Part shown: positions 40,176 through 49,168 of the stretch, in pieces
How positions within the stretch are numbered: position 1 is the stretch's first letter
Layout: every line of letters begins with the position of its first letter
Assembly: GCA_045133095.1 (NCBI GenBank)
Contig: JBGUTP010000016.1
Span: 76,758 to 140,757, forward strand
From: Candidatus Enterousia sp.
GTDB taxonomy: Bacteria > Pseudomonadota > Alphaproteobacteria > Rs-D84
Length of the DNA: 64,000 nucleotides
Direction of reading: 5' to 3'
Made by a program: the position numbers and the translations under genes
The notes under the pieces: generated by a model
Told to the model about the DNA's origin: nothing
The model's input: the letters and a program-made list of their open reading frames with translations, nothing else
Database searches by the model: none

Positions 40176-40229
40176 CAATCGGCTGCGCTGCTACCAGAAT
40201 TCAAACCGCCCGTGTGGCGGTTGTTTTTT
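40176..40229 (+). repeat. Duplicated tRNA-Met 3' end (cgctgctacca) followed by a terminator hairpin
   Basis: An 11-nt exact match to the 3' end of tRNA-Met lies about 170 bp downstream. It is followed by aaccgcccgtgtggcggtt and T8. Confidence 0.4.
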
Positions 40230-40317
40230 TTGTATTATGACCTGGGTCCCGCGGGGATTCACCCACAAAAATCTTTAATTTTTGCGGGGGCCGAAAAAGC
40301 CACGGGATGATAAAGGA

Positions 40318-40346
40318 CATAAAAACACCGCCCGGGTGGGCGGTGG
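40318..40346. repeat. 29-bp direct repeat, left copy (cataaaaacaccgcccgggtgggcggtgg)
   Basis: Matches 41545-41573 at 28 of 29 positions. On the minus strand it works as the terminator of the cassette. Confidence 0.55.
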
Positions 40347-40360
40347 TGGGGTAATTTTGA

Positions 40361-40750
40361 CTATGTTTCAGTTTGCATGCCGTGCAGTTGGCAACAAAAA
40401 TCATGTATTATTTGTTTTGTGGCGGTGTATTGTTTATGTGGGTTTTGTTTAACAGTGCTTTGTTCTTGTATAAATCTATAGAATTCTAGTAATTCTTGAT
40501 ATCCAGTATCGCCAGATTCTAATATGTAACGATGGCGTGGTTCATATATAGTTAATATCATATTTCTGCCAAATCCATTTTCAACTTGTGCATATAATCC
40601 ATCACGGACAAGGGTGTCGAACCCGTCGTAGTACGCGATATCAAATAGTTTTTTTGTGTTCTGATAAACCGAAAAAAATTTTTTGTCTCTTTTTATGGAG
40701 ATTCCAGACTCTTTTAACTTTGTCTTTAATTCTGCAATTATTTCTTTCAT
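40361..40750 (-). CDS. Hypothetical protein (129 aa), possible immunity/partner protein
   Basis: A small acidic/aromatic protein lying immediately downstream of the 207-aa ORF. I recognise no family. Confidence 0.35.
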   Translation of the reverse strand: MKEIIAELKTKLKESGISIKRDKKFFSVYQNTKKLFDIAYYDGFDTLVRDGLYAQVENGFGRNMILTIYEPRHRYILESGDTGYQELLEFYRFIQEQSTVKQNPHKQYTATKQIIHDFCCQLHGMQTET

Positions 40751-40783
40751 TTTTTGCTTCTTTTTTCTGAAGTTTAGAGTTTT

Positions 40784-41407
40784 TTATTTTTGTGGTATTG
40801 CGGTTTGTATTAACAGACCACGATAGCCGTCAAGCAATGCGCCTAATTTTAGGCATGATTCCATTTCCGAACGTGTTAAGGTTGGCGTGCTTGTTCCCAT
40901 ATAAATGTTATTTGGGCGGATTATGCGACCTGTTTTTTTATCACGAACAATCAATTTATGTACGGTTGCAGGTGTGAAATCGCCACCATTTTTGCCAACA
41001 GTATCCGATTGTACAGGTGTTAATTGTGGATTTGATATTAGTTGTCCGCCGATGATTGTGCCACCCTGTGTTGATTTTTTTTGGTTGCGTGTGGTGTCAT
41101 TTAATATTTGTAAATGTTTTGGTGTTTCTGAATACGCATTTAAGTACAGATATGCGACCAATTCATATTTTTTAGACCAGCGCACATCATTGTCTATGGC
41201 TTTCTTGAGGTCTTGTGCCAATTTCTCGTCAGTCTGTTGTTTAGAATGACTTAATACGCCATAGGCGCTTTTAGTTGCAAAATTTAACTCACCACCATAT
41301 TGCGATTGGTTGTTGTCAAAATTGTACACGATAAAACAACCTTGGTCTGGGAACCAGTTGCCTAGCATATCATTTGTTAATGTTTCTTTTTTATATTTTT
41401 TGAACAT
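40784..41407 (-). CDS. Hypothetical protein (207 aa)
   Basis: A good ORF with no recognisable family. It has a Gly-rich central segment (GGTIIGGQLISNP) and a conserved-looking C-terminus. Confidence 0.35.
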   Translation of the reverse strand: MFKKYKKETLTNDMLGNWFPDQGCFIVYNFDNNQSQYGGELNFATKSAYGVLSHSKQQTDEKLAQDLKKAIDNDVRWSKKYELVAYLYLNAYSETPKHLQILNDTTRNQKKSTQGGTIIGGQLISNPQLTPVQSDTVGKNGGDFTPATVHKLIVRDKKTGRIIRPNNIYMGTSTPTLTRSEMESCLKLGALLDGYRGLLIQTAIPQK

Positions 41408-41544
41408 GCGTAATACCCTTCTTTTAGCAAAAAGGATATCACAAATGTTGTATTTGTCAATATCTTTTACAAGATGTGGTGTTTGTGTATTTGGTCTGAT
41501 TAACGCTTATGGGTTGTTTTACATATTTTAGATATAGTCCTGGG

Positions 41545-41573
41545 CATAAAAATACCGCCCGGGTGGGCGGTGG
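41545..41573. repeat. 29-bp direct repeat, right copy (cataaaaataccgcccgggtgggcggtgg)
   Basis: Direct repeat of 40318-40346. Here it is an orphan terminator-like hairpin with no upstream minus-strand gene. Confidence 0.55.
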
Positions 41574-41646
41574 GAAACTTGAACGGTTGACTTTTATTTG
41601 CATATCTTGGATAATAGGGGCAATTAAGTAAAAAAAGGAAAGGATT

Positions 41647-42144
41647 ATGCGGAAGTTCTTAGTTGCGTTGTTGGCGTTGATTCCAATGAATGTTATGGCA
41701 AATCCGGCATGTCCGGTGTGTACTATCGCGGTCGGGGCAGGGCTGGATATCGCACGACGTTTGGGCGTGCCGGACAGTATTGTTGGACTGTGGGCGGGGG
41801 CGTTGTTGACACTGCTGGGGTATTGGATGCTGAAATGGATGGATAAGAAAAACTGGCATTTCCGGGGTCGTGATACGATTGTTATTGTTTTGTCCGTCGC
41901 AATGATTGGGTTTGTGTATCTGGGGACGGTAAAGTATAACCCTGTGTCAATCTGTGGCGCGTTCGTTATGGACCCGGTTTTGTTCGGTACAATCTGTGGG
42001 GCGTTGATTTTTGTCGGAACCGGTAAATTATATCAATGGATGAAAAATAAAAACGGTGGACATGCGCACTTTCCCTTTGAAAAAGTAGTGTTGCCAGTTG
42101 CTGCGTTGGCGTTGGCTAGTTGGGCAATGATGTTGTGTTTCTAG
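41647..42144 (+). CDS. Small polytopic membrane protein, unknown
   Basis: Signal/TM-like N-terminus and 3-4 predicted TM segments. Confidence 0.4.
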   Translation: MRKFLVALLALIPMNVMANPACPVCTIAVGAGLDIARRLGVPDSIVGLWAGALLTLLGYWMLKWMDKKNWHFRGRDTIVIVLSVAMIGFVYLGTVKYNPVSICGAFVMDPVLFGTICGALIFVGTGKLYQWMKNKNGGHAHFPFEKVVLPVAALALASWAMMLCF

Positions 42145-42162
42145 GATAAGGAGAAAAGTAAA

Positions 42163-42711
42163 ATGAAGAAAATTGAATCTGTTCAGGAATTTGTTGAAAA
42201 GTTAGATGCCGCAAAAAAAGTCAATCCAAAAGATTTGTCGTCCGACCAGGATTTGACAATCGGTATTATGAACCTGATTTCAATTGAAGAACATTTGATG
42301 TTTTCGGGCGCAAAAACCGGCAAGACAGAGTTTTATGACCTGATTAACGAAGTGCGCGAAATGCGTAAAAATGCTATGCTGAAAATCATCCCGGCATACG
42401 AAGGTGAAGTGTGGTGTATTTCAAAGCACTTGCTGGCGGCATCTATGCGTGTGTTTGAAGTGGGTACCAAGGCACTGGCCGCGGGGGATAATCAAACCGC
42501 ATACGATTTGTTTGACCAGTCTTATTCTCTTTATTGTATGTTCTGGGGCTTGAACATGGGGATGTTAACAGGTGAAAAAAAAGACCTGAAGCCATCTAAG
42601 AAATCTGCCCCCATCAAAGCCGCCACACCCGCACAAAAGCAGGAAGTTAAAGGTGGTATGGGTAAGTTAAAAAGTTGGGTTAGGAATGCCGTTAACTGTT
42701 GTATCGAGTAA
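42163..42711 (+). CDS. Hypothetical protein (182 aa)
   Basis: SD GGAGAAAAG is present. I recognise no family. The C-terminus is K/P/A-rich. Confidence 0.4.
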   Translation: MKKIESVQEFVEKLDAAKKVNPKDLSSDQDLTIGIMNLISIEEHLMFSGAKTGKTEFYDLINEVREMRKNAMLKIIPAYEGEVWCISKHLLAASMRVFEVGTKALAAGDNQTAYDLFDQSYSLYCMFWGLNMGMLTGEKKDLKPSKKSAPIKAATPAQKQEVKGGMGKLKSWVRNAVNCCIE

Positions 42712-42720
42712 AATAAATTA

Positions 42721-42960
42721 TAATAATTCATATACGAGCGGGGGCGACAACTCATGTAGCGTTAGTACACTACGTTGTCGCCCCCATCTCGTATCTAAAT
42801 CATTCTAATTTATTTTTAACGAGGCTTAATAATTCATCTACGAGTGGGGGCGCAACTCATGCGGCGTTAGTACACTACGTTGTCGCCCCCCATATTCGTA
42901 TCTAAATCATTCTAAAGAGTACACCGCGTTGTCGCCCCCCCATATCGGGTCTAAATCATT
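42721..42960. repeat. Array of 2.5 copies of a roughly 90-bp REP/MITE-like palindromic element
   Basis: Core atacgagCGGGGGCGACAACtcatgtagcgttagtacactacGTTGTCGCCCCCatctcgtat is a perfect 12-bp stem with nested inverted repeats. It is flanked by taataattcat...ctaaatcattctaa. Two full copies and one half copy are present. Confidence 0.8.
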
Positions 42961-42996
42961 TTTAAATATTGTTTGTTTGTGATATAATCTGGTGAT

Positions 42997-44181
42997 ATGG
43001 CACGAGATAAATATATTTCAATTAATAAAAATGTTAGTGGTTTTTCTTTTGCAAACCTGGGGTTGTTTACAGGGTTTGCAGATGGTATTTATAATGCGGT
43101 TTATTCGCTGGTTATATTAGAGATTTTTAAGTCGTCCGCAATTGTTGGTGTTTATGTGGCGATTTATTCGGTGTTCTGCTTTATCGTTGGATTGTTCGCA
43201 AATGAAATACTGCGCCAATTTTCCAAGGTTCGTGTGTTTTTCTTTGTGTTGCTGATGTTGGCGGCGTGTTACGCGATGATGAGTTTTTCAATCTTGCCAC
43301 GTACTTTTATTATTTTGGATTATACAACCGGAATAGCGGCGACTTTGGTTGGGGTTTTGATTCCGTTGTTTATGTCTGATTTTTCAAAAGATGTGGGAAT
43401 GGCACGTCTTAATTCGCGATATCATTTGTGGATAAATGTTGGGGCGTTGTTTGCACCAACTGTGGCGGTATTAATTGCGAATCATTTTGGAAATAGGGCG
43501 GCTTTCTTTGCGTCGGCGGTTATTTATTTCCTGGCGTGGATGTTGTTTAAATACTTTAGAATTGTTCAAGAAGATAAAAGAATTAAACCGGTTAATCCAA
43601 GAAAAACTTTTATCGGACTGTGGAAAAATACCATAGATTTTTTCAAGGTGCCGGGAATGCTGCGGGCATATTTGATAAATTTTGGATACTATTCGTTGCG
43701 GGCGATGCGTGTGTTGTATGTGCCAATTGTTGTAATCGAAAATGGTTTTGATAAAGGTGTTCTGGGGTGGGTTCTGACATTGGGAATTATTCCGTATCTG
43801 TTGCTAAGTGATGCAATGGCACGCGCCGTGCGCAGATATGGAAAAACAATTTGGTTGGTGTTGGGATTTGGTTCGTTCGCATTGTTGTCGGCGGCGGCAA
43901 CTGTTACAACAGGGGTGCCGTTGTTGGCAATCTTTGTAGCGTGGCAGGTTTCTGGGGCGTTGATGGAATCTGTGCATGATTTGTTGTTCTTTGATGGAAC
44001 CAAAAAATCACAGCAAACAAAATACTATGGGGTGTTCAGAACAAGTTCTAATTTACCTAATGTTTTGGCACCGATTTTGGGGGCTGCGATGATTGCAGGG
44101 TTTGGAATGACTGCTGCGGTGTGGGCGGTGACTGCAACCGTTGGTGCGTTAAGTGTTGGCGTTTTGATAACCAAAAAGTGA
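42997..44181 (+). CDS. MFS-type transporter (12 TM)
   Basis: A 394-aa protein with about 12 hydrophobic segments and a mid-protein break typical of MFS transporters. Confidence 0.55.
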   Translation: MARDKYISINKNVSGFSFANLGLFTGFADGIYNAVYSLVILEIFKSSAIVGVYVAIYSVFCFIVGLFANEILRQFSKVRVFFFVLLMLAACYAMMSFSILPRTFIILDYTTGIAATLVGVLIPLFMSDFSKDVGMARLNSRYHLWINVGALFAPTVAVLIANHFGNRAAFFASAVIYFLAWMLFKYFRIVQEDKRIKPVNPRKTFIGLWKNTIDFFKVPGMLRAYLINFGYYSLRAMRVLYVPIVVIENGFDKGVLGWVLTLGIIPYLLLSDAMARAVRRYGKTIWLVLGFGSFALLSAAATVTTGVPLLAIFVAWQVSGALMESVHDLLFFDGTKKSQQTKYYGVFRTSSNLPNVLAPILGAAMIAGFGMTAAVWAVTATVGALSVGVLITKK

Positions 44182-44240
44182 TACTTGCTTTTTAAGGTTT
44201 TTCTGTGTATGCTTTCCTTAAGAAATAAAGGGGAAATTGT

Positions 44241-45320
44241 ATGGCAAAAAAAGAAGCAGCAAAAGATAGTGGGCTGTTTGGAAAAAATCCAGCGTTGGAA
44301 TCTGCGTTGGCACAAATTCAAAAACAGTTTGGTAAAGAAGCCATTATGAAAATGGGTGATGGTTCACAGCAAAATATCGAAGCGATTTCATCGGGTTCGT
44401 TGGGGCTGGATATTGCGTTGGGAATTGGTGGTTATCCAAAGGGACGTATCGTTGAAATCTATGGACCAGAATCTTCGGGTAAGACAACGTTGGCGTTGCA
44501 TGCGGTTGCGGAATCTCAGAAAAAGGGTGGTACGTGTGCGTATATTGATGCAGAAAATGCACTGGACCCAAGTTATGCAAAAAAGTTAGGGGTGGATGTT
44601 GCTAACTTGATTATTTCACAGCCAGATTCCGGTGAACAGGCATTGGAAATCGCAGATACGCTGATTAAATCAGGCGCGGTTGATGTTGTCGTTATTGACA
44701 GTGTGGCGGCATTGGTGCCAAAGGCAGAATTAGAAGGTAATATTGGGGATTCGTTCGTTGGAACAACTGCACGTTTGATGTCGCAGTCGCTGAAAAAATT
44801 GGCGGGTTCGGTTTCACGCAGTAATACATTGCTTATCTTTATCAATCAAATTCGTATGAAGATTGGTGTGATGTTTGGAAACCCAGAAACAACATCAGGG
44901 GGCAATGCGTTAAAGTTCTATGCGTCGGTGCGTCTTGATATCCGTCGTACAGGACAAATTAAGGATAAAGAAAATATCATCGGTAATGAAACACGTGTCA
45001 AGGTTGTGAAAAATAAGGTCGCGCCACCTTTCCGTACAGTTGACTTTAAGATTATGTACGGCGAAGGTATTAGCCGTATCAGTGAAATCTTGGATATGGG
45101 CGTTAAATACGACTTGATTGAAAAGGCAGGCAGTTTCTATTCTTATAACAGTGAAAGAATGGGGCAGGGTGAAGCGAATGCGCGTCAATGGTTGAAGGAC
45201 CATCCAGAGGCGCAGGAAGAACTGCTGAATAAAATCATGGCGCGGGCATCGGGAATCGCCGAAGAAATGACGACCGGTCCGATTGATGATGAAGATGATG
45301 TGGCAGAAATTGTCGAATGA
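44241..45320 (+). CDS. recA: Recombinase RecA
   Basis: [12 protein letters not shown], loops L1/L2 and canonical RecA sequence throughout. Confidence 0.95.
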   Translation: MAKKEAAKDSGLFGKNPALESALAQIQKQFGKEAIMKMGDGSQQNIEAISSGSLGLDIALGIGGYPKGRIVEIYGPESSGKTTLALHAVAESQKKGGTCAYIDAENALDPSYAKKLGVDVANLIISQPDSGEQALEIADTLIKSGAVDVVVIDSVAALVPKAELEGNIGDSFVGTTARLMSQSLKKLAGSVSRSNTLLIFINQIRMKIGVMFGNPETTSGGNALKFYASVRLDIRRTGQIKDKENIIGNETRVKVVKNKVAPPFRTVDFKIMYGEGISRISEILDMGVKYDLIEKAGSFYSYNSERMGQGEANARQWLKDHPEAQEELLNKIMARASGIAEEMTTGPIDDEDDVAEIVE

Positions 45321-45375
45321 TTTTGTCCCCCAGTTTAGTTTCTGGGGGTAATTTGTTAAAAAAAAGGAAGAAAGT

Positions 45376-46272
45376 ATGAATGTACAACGTATGTGGGCAA
45401 TGACAAAAATAATCGTTCAGGGACATGTGTTAAACTGGTTCTGGCGTGACAGAAAACACAGACGCGAAGTGCGCAGCAAGGTCATAGAACGTGTAATCCC
45501 AAAATACTTTGAAAGATATTTGCCAGCCGCAGCCGCAGTAAAAGAACGCAAGGTCGTTAATAACGATAAAAACGACAAGATTTTTTCACTGTGGTTGCAA
45601 GGTGAAGAAAATGCACCAGAGTTGGTGAAGTCTTGTTTTCGCAGTGTGCGCAGACATTGTAAACAAGAATTGGTTGTTTTGGACGAAAAGACCGTGTTTG
45701 ATTATATTACTCTGCCAGAAGAAATTATGAAAAAGCGCAAAGCGGGTAAGATTTCACATGCGCACTTTGCGGATATTTGTCGGGTGGAATTGTTGTATAA
45801 TCATGGCGGGTATTGGCTGGATTCAACAGGGTTTGTGACCGAAGCCATTCCTGATTGGATTGAAAAAGAAGATTTCTTTGTTTATATGGCAGGGCAAAAG
45901 GTCGGCAGCCCATACAGTTATATGCAAAATTGTTTTATTCGTTCGCGAAAGGGGGCATATCTGCTGGATGCGTGGCGGGCGATGATGTTGGATTACTGGA
46001 TGCATGAAAACGGACCGTTTGATTATTTTATGCATCAATTGTTGTTCAAGACAATGGTTATGAATGATGAACGTGCAAAAAAACACTTTGCAAAAATGCC
46101 ACACGTTGACCAAGACCCGACACATGCACTGTGGTGGGATTGGCATGATAAGCCATACGATGAAAAAAAATTCCGTGAAGTAACAAGTGGGGCTTTCTTT
46201 CAAAAGACAACTTATCATCAGGCGAAAAATCCAAAGCCGGGTTCTGTGGCAGAAGCAATGTTGAAGATGTAA
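45376..46272 (+). CDS. Glycosyltransferase, GT32/Caps_synth-like (OCH1-type DXD sugar transferase)
   Basis: Motifs IFSLWLQGEENAP and HFADICRVELLYNHGGYWLDS are typical of the Gly_transf_sug/capsule synthesis family. Confidence 0.5.
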   Translation: MNVQRMWAMTKIIVQGHVLNWFWRDRKHRREVRSKVIERVIPKYFERYLPAAAAVKERKVVNNDKNDKIFSLWLQGEENAPELVKSCFRSVRRHCKQELVVLDEKTVFDYITLPEEIMKKRKAGKISHAHFADICRVELLYNHGGYWLDSTGFVTEAIPDWIEKEDFFVYMAGQKVGSPYSYMQNCFIRSRKGAYLLDAWRAMMLDYWMHENGPFDYFMHQLLFKTMVMNDERAKKHFAKMPHVDQDPTHALWWDWHDKPYDEKKFREVTSGAFFQKTTYHQAKNPKPGSVAEAMLKM

Positions 46273-46285
46273 AAAAGGATTTTCT

Positions 46286-47059
46286 ATGCCAGTGGTGTCA
46301 GTCATTATTCCTGTGTATAAGGTGGAAAAATATCTGCGACGTTGCCTGGACAGTTTAATCGCCCAGACTTTTGCAGATTGGCAGGCAATTTGTATCGATG
46401 ATGGCAGCCCAGATAGGTCGCCGGCGATACTGGATGAATATGCCGCACGTGATGCAAGAATTAAGGTTATTCACAGGGCAAATGGTGGGGTGTCGTCTGC
46501 GCGAAATCTGGGAATAGAAAATGCAAGTGGAAATTATATTCATTTCTTGGATGCAGATGATTGGATTGACCCAGAATATTATCAGGCAATGGTAACGGTT
46601 GCCACGGATTCAGATGCAGATATGGTAGTGTCTGGGTTCGTCAGTGATAATAAATATACTAAACCTATTGTTTATCGTGATGTTAAATTAAAACGTAAGA
46701 TTGCCGATAAGTTGCGGTTGACATATGCTTTGACTGATTCTTATGTGTGGCGGTATTTGTTTAAAACAGATTTTGTGCGTACAAAAAAATTATTGTTTGA
46801 TACAAATTTAATCGCACAGGAAGATACTTTGTTTGTGTTAAACGCAATTGCAGATGCGAATGCAATTGTGACCGTGCCGTGGGTTAATTATCATTATATG
46901 TTTAATGAAAATTCAGCCTTGAATAATCGTGACGCGGCGCATCATGCAAAGGTTAAAGCGCAATATAAAATAGGTAAACAATATAGACGTGATTTCGCAA
47001 AACAACACGGTGTGATAAGACTGTGGAGATTGCGTAAAATATTAAACTTATTCAGATAA
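46286..47059 (+). CDS. Family 2 glycosyltransferase
   Basis: VSVIIPVYKVEKYLRRCLDSLIAQTF...DDGSPD...DADD is the GT2 N-terminal signature. Confidence 0.75.
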   Translation: MPVVSVIIPVYKVEKYLRRCLDSLIAQTFADWQAICIDDGSPDRSPAILDEYAARDARIKVIHRANGGVSSARNLGIENASGNYIHFLDADDWIDPEYYQAMVTVATDSDADMVVSGFVSDNKYTKPIVYRDVKLKRKIADKLRLTYALTDSYVWRYLFKTDFVRTKKLLFDTNLIAQEDTLFVLNAIADANAIVTVPWVNYHYMFNENSALNNRDAAHHAKVKAQYKIGKQYRRDFAKQHGVIRLWRLRKILNLFR

Positions 47060-47074
47060 ACATAGGGGGATATA

Positions 47075-48103
47075 ATGCCAGCAATTTCTGTAATTATTCC
47101 AATTTATAATGTCGAAAAGTATCTGCGCAGATGTTTGGATAGTGTAAAAAATCAAACATTTACAGACTGGGAGGCGATTTGTGTAAATGACGGCAGCCCT
47201 GATAACTGTGCAGAGATATTGGCAGAATATGCCGCCAAGGACGCTAGATTTAAAATAGTTAATAAGGAAAATGGTGGACTGTCCGATGCGCGAAATGCAG
47301 GTATGAAGGTCGCAACAGGTGAATATATTTTATACCTGGATAGCGATGATTTTATCCATCCGCAAACAATGGAAATTACACATGTGCTGGCGGTGCGTGA
47401 TGGGTCCGATATGGTGGCGTTTACATACGACAGAATTTATCGACCGCAACTGATGATACGGCATTATCTGAAAATGGATACAGATAACGTTGTGCCAAGG
47501 AGGTTGAATAAAAAATATAAACTGTCAAATGTGCCAACGTTGGTAACTGATGATGTTTATGAGTATGCAACAGAAAAAACACATAATCGGTGGAGTAAGA
47601 AAAAAAAGTGGATGATTAAACATTGTCAGGTGTGGAAGCATTTGTATAAACGTGAACTGATTGCAGATATTCCGTTTATCAAAGGGATTTTGTTCGAGGA
47701 CTTTCCATGGTGGAGTCAGGTTATGATGTCTAATCCACGTGTGACAATTACTAATTTGCCTTTGTATTTCTATATACCGAATTTTGGTGGGATTGTATTA
47801 AGTGCCAAGCAATTGCGCATTATGAAAAGTTTGTGCGTAGGTTTAAAAGATGCATATACGCGATATGTTCATGCAGCAACGCCATATCAAATGAAAAAAT
47901 GGTCGGAAAATTTTCAGTGGTATTTTGTCGCCAAGGCGTTTGGAAAGATTAAATATCTTGATGGAAATGATGATGTAGATGCGGCACGAGAATGTTTGCG
48001 CGAACTGGAACATATGGGGGCGTTAGATAAGCCACCGTATAAGTGGGCAAAAAAACTGCGCAGTCAGATTTGTGCTTTTATTAAAACATGTAGGGTTGAA
48101 TAG
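47075..48103 (+). CDS. Family 2 glycosyltransferase (paralog)
   Basis: ISVIIPIYNVEKYLRRCLDSVKNQTF...NDGSPD...DSDD. It is a paralog of the preceding gene. Confidence 0.75.
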   Translation: MPAISVIIPIYNVEKYLRRCLDSVKNQTFTDWEAICVNDGSPDNCAEILAEYAAKDARFKIVNKENGGLSDARNAGMKVATGEYILYLDSDDFIHPQTMEITHVLAVRDGSDMVAFTYDRIYRPQLMIRHYLKMDTDNVVPRRLNKKYKLSNVPTLVTDDVYEYATEKTHNRWSKKKKWMIKHCQVWKHLYKRELIADIPFIKGILFEDFPWWSQVMMSNPRVTITNLPLYFYIPNFGGIVLSAKQLRIMKSLCVGLKDAYTRYVHAATPYQMKKWSENFQWYFVAKAFGKIKYLDGNDDVDAARECLRELEHMGALDKPPYKWAKKLRSQICAFIKTCRVE

Positions 48104-48150
48104 TAGGTACGTGGTTAGTGAATGTGTGCGGCAAATGCCGCACATTTTTA

Positions 48151-49164
48151 TTATTTTTCAAATTGACTTTTGTTCGGAAAACGTTCGCGCATAAATTTTG
48201 CGTTGTTTTCAAGAATTGTATCGTCTGTGTCGCGAGAATCGTTTATGCAAAACGTTGGGGCGCCAAGTAATGCACGACGTGCCGCAACAGTGTCAGAACA
48301 AACAACCGGTGAATTGTGTATCCATGGCGCAAAAATAGTGTTGTAAATTGCGTTTATTATTTTATGACGTGTGAATTTGCGGGCGCGGCTGTGGATGAAT
48401 TTCGCGCGACCCGTGATTAAATCATACAGGTTGAACATCCAACGTTGAACTTCGGTGTTTGTGCGGAATTTGTTATATTTTTGTGCCTCGATTTGTGGCG
48501 CAATATCAGGGTGTGAAATACATTCTGACCATGATGATTTTATGTATGGGTCAATGCCGTGTGATGGGCGATATTTGTAAACCTTTTTGCCGTAAACTCG
48601 GTCGATGAATTCGGCGGACAATATTAATGTTTGGTTGTATTCGTCAACCTGAGTTTTCCATGTTTTTATGTCACGACTGTGGCGGGAATGATTGCTGAAC
48701 CGAATAAGGGCGCGACCACGGGAATCATAAAAGAAACTTGGGGTCAGCGGGCGATTGAAAAATATGTCATCATTCATTAATAAAAAGTGTTCTGATAATC
48801 CAGGGATGTTTGGGATGCACATTTCAATGGCGGTCGCGTTAAATGTTGGCAGGGCGTCCGATGGAAATATCTGTTCGTGTGGAACAATTGTGATTTTTGG
48901 GTGTTTGGTATTCAACCATTTTGGAATCTGACCAAAGCCGGTGATAATGTAAATGTGATTTACCCAAGGGGCAAATTGTTCAACACTGCGCAGAGAATAA
49001 AGTAATTCGCCATTGTCGCGCCAGCGTGCCTCTATGGCGGCATCGTTATAGACAGGTTTTTCACCCTTGACGATTTCCAACCATTTATCTTTCTGGGTGC
49101 GCCACTTTTTGTCGCCACCATCAACCCACAGGTAAACTAAATCTATTTTTTTTGGTGTCGCCAT
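48151..49164 (-). CDS. Stealth-family capsular polysaccharide hexose-1-phosphate transferase
   Basis: Stealth CR1 (IDLVYLWVDGGDKKW) and CR2 (ELLYSLRSVEQFAPWVNHIYIITGFGQIP) motifs. Confidence 0.6.
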   Translation of the reverse strand: MATPKKIDLVYLWVDGGDKKWRTQKDKWLEIVKGEKPVYNDAAIEARWRDNGELLYSLRSVEQFAPWVNHIYIITGFGQIPKWLNTKHPKITIVPHEQIFPSDALPTFNATAIEMCIPNIPGLSEHFLLMNDDIFFNRPLTPSFFYDSRGRALIRFSNHSRHSRDIKTWKTQVDEYNQTLILSAEFIDRVYGKKVYKYRPSHGIDPYIKSSWSECISHPDIAPQIEAQKYNKFRTNTEVQRWMFNLYDLITGRAKFIHSRARKFTRHKIINAIYNTIFAPWIHNSPVVCSDTVAARRALLGAPTFCINDSRDTDDTILENNAKFMRERFPNKSQFEK

Positions 49165-49168
49165 AATT

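Noticed and set aside
40063-40278. 71-aa ORF in the tRNA-Met downstream region
   Set aside because: It spans two terminators and the duplicated tRNA 3' end. It is Cys/Arg-rich low-complexity sequence with no SD, so it is most likely non-coding.
40784-41407. ADP-ribosyltransferase-like R / S-T-S / E-x-E motif in the 207-aa protein
   Set aside because: Candidate residues (GRIIRP, GTSTP and SEMES) are only a few residues apart, far closer than the spacing in real ART folds, so this is probably fortuitous.
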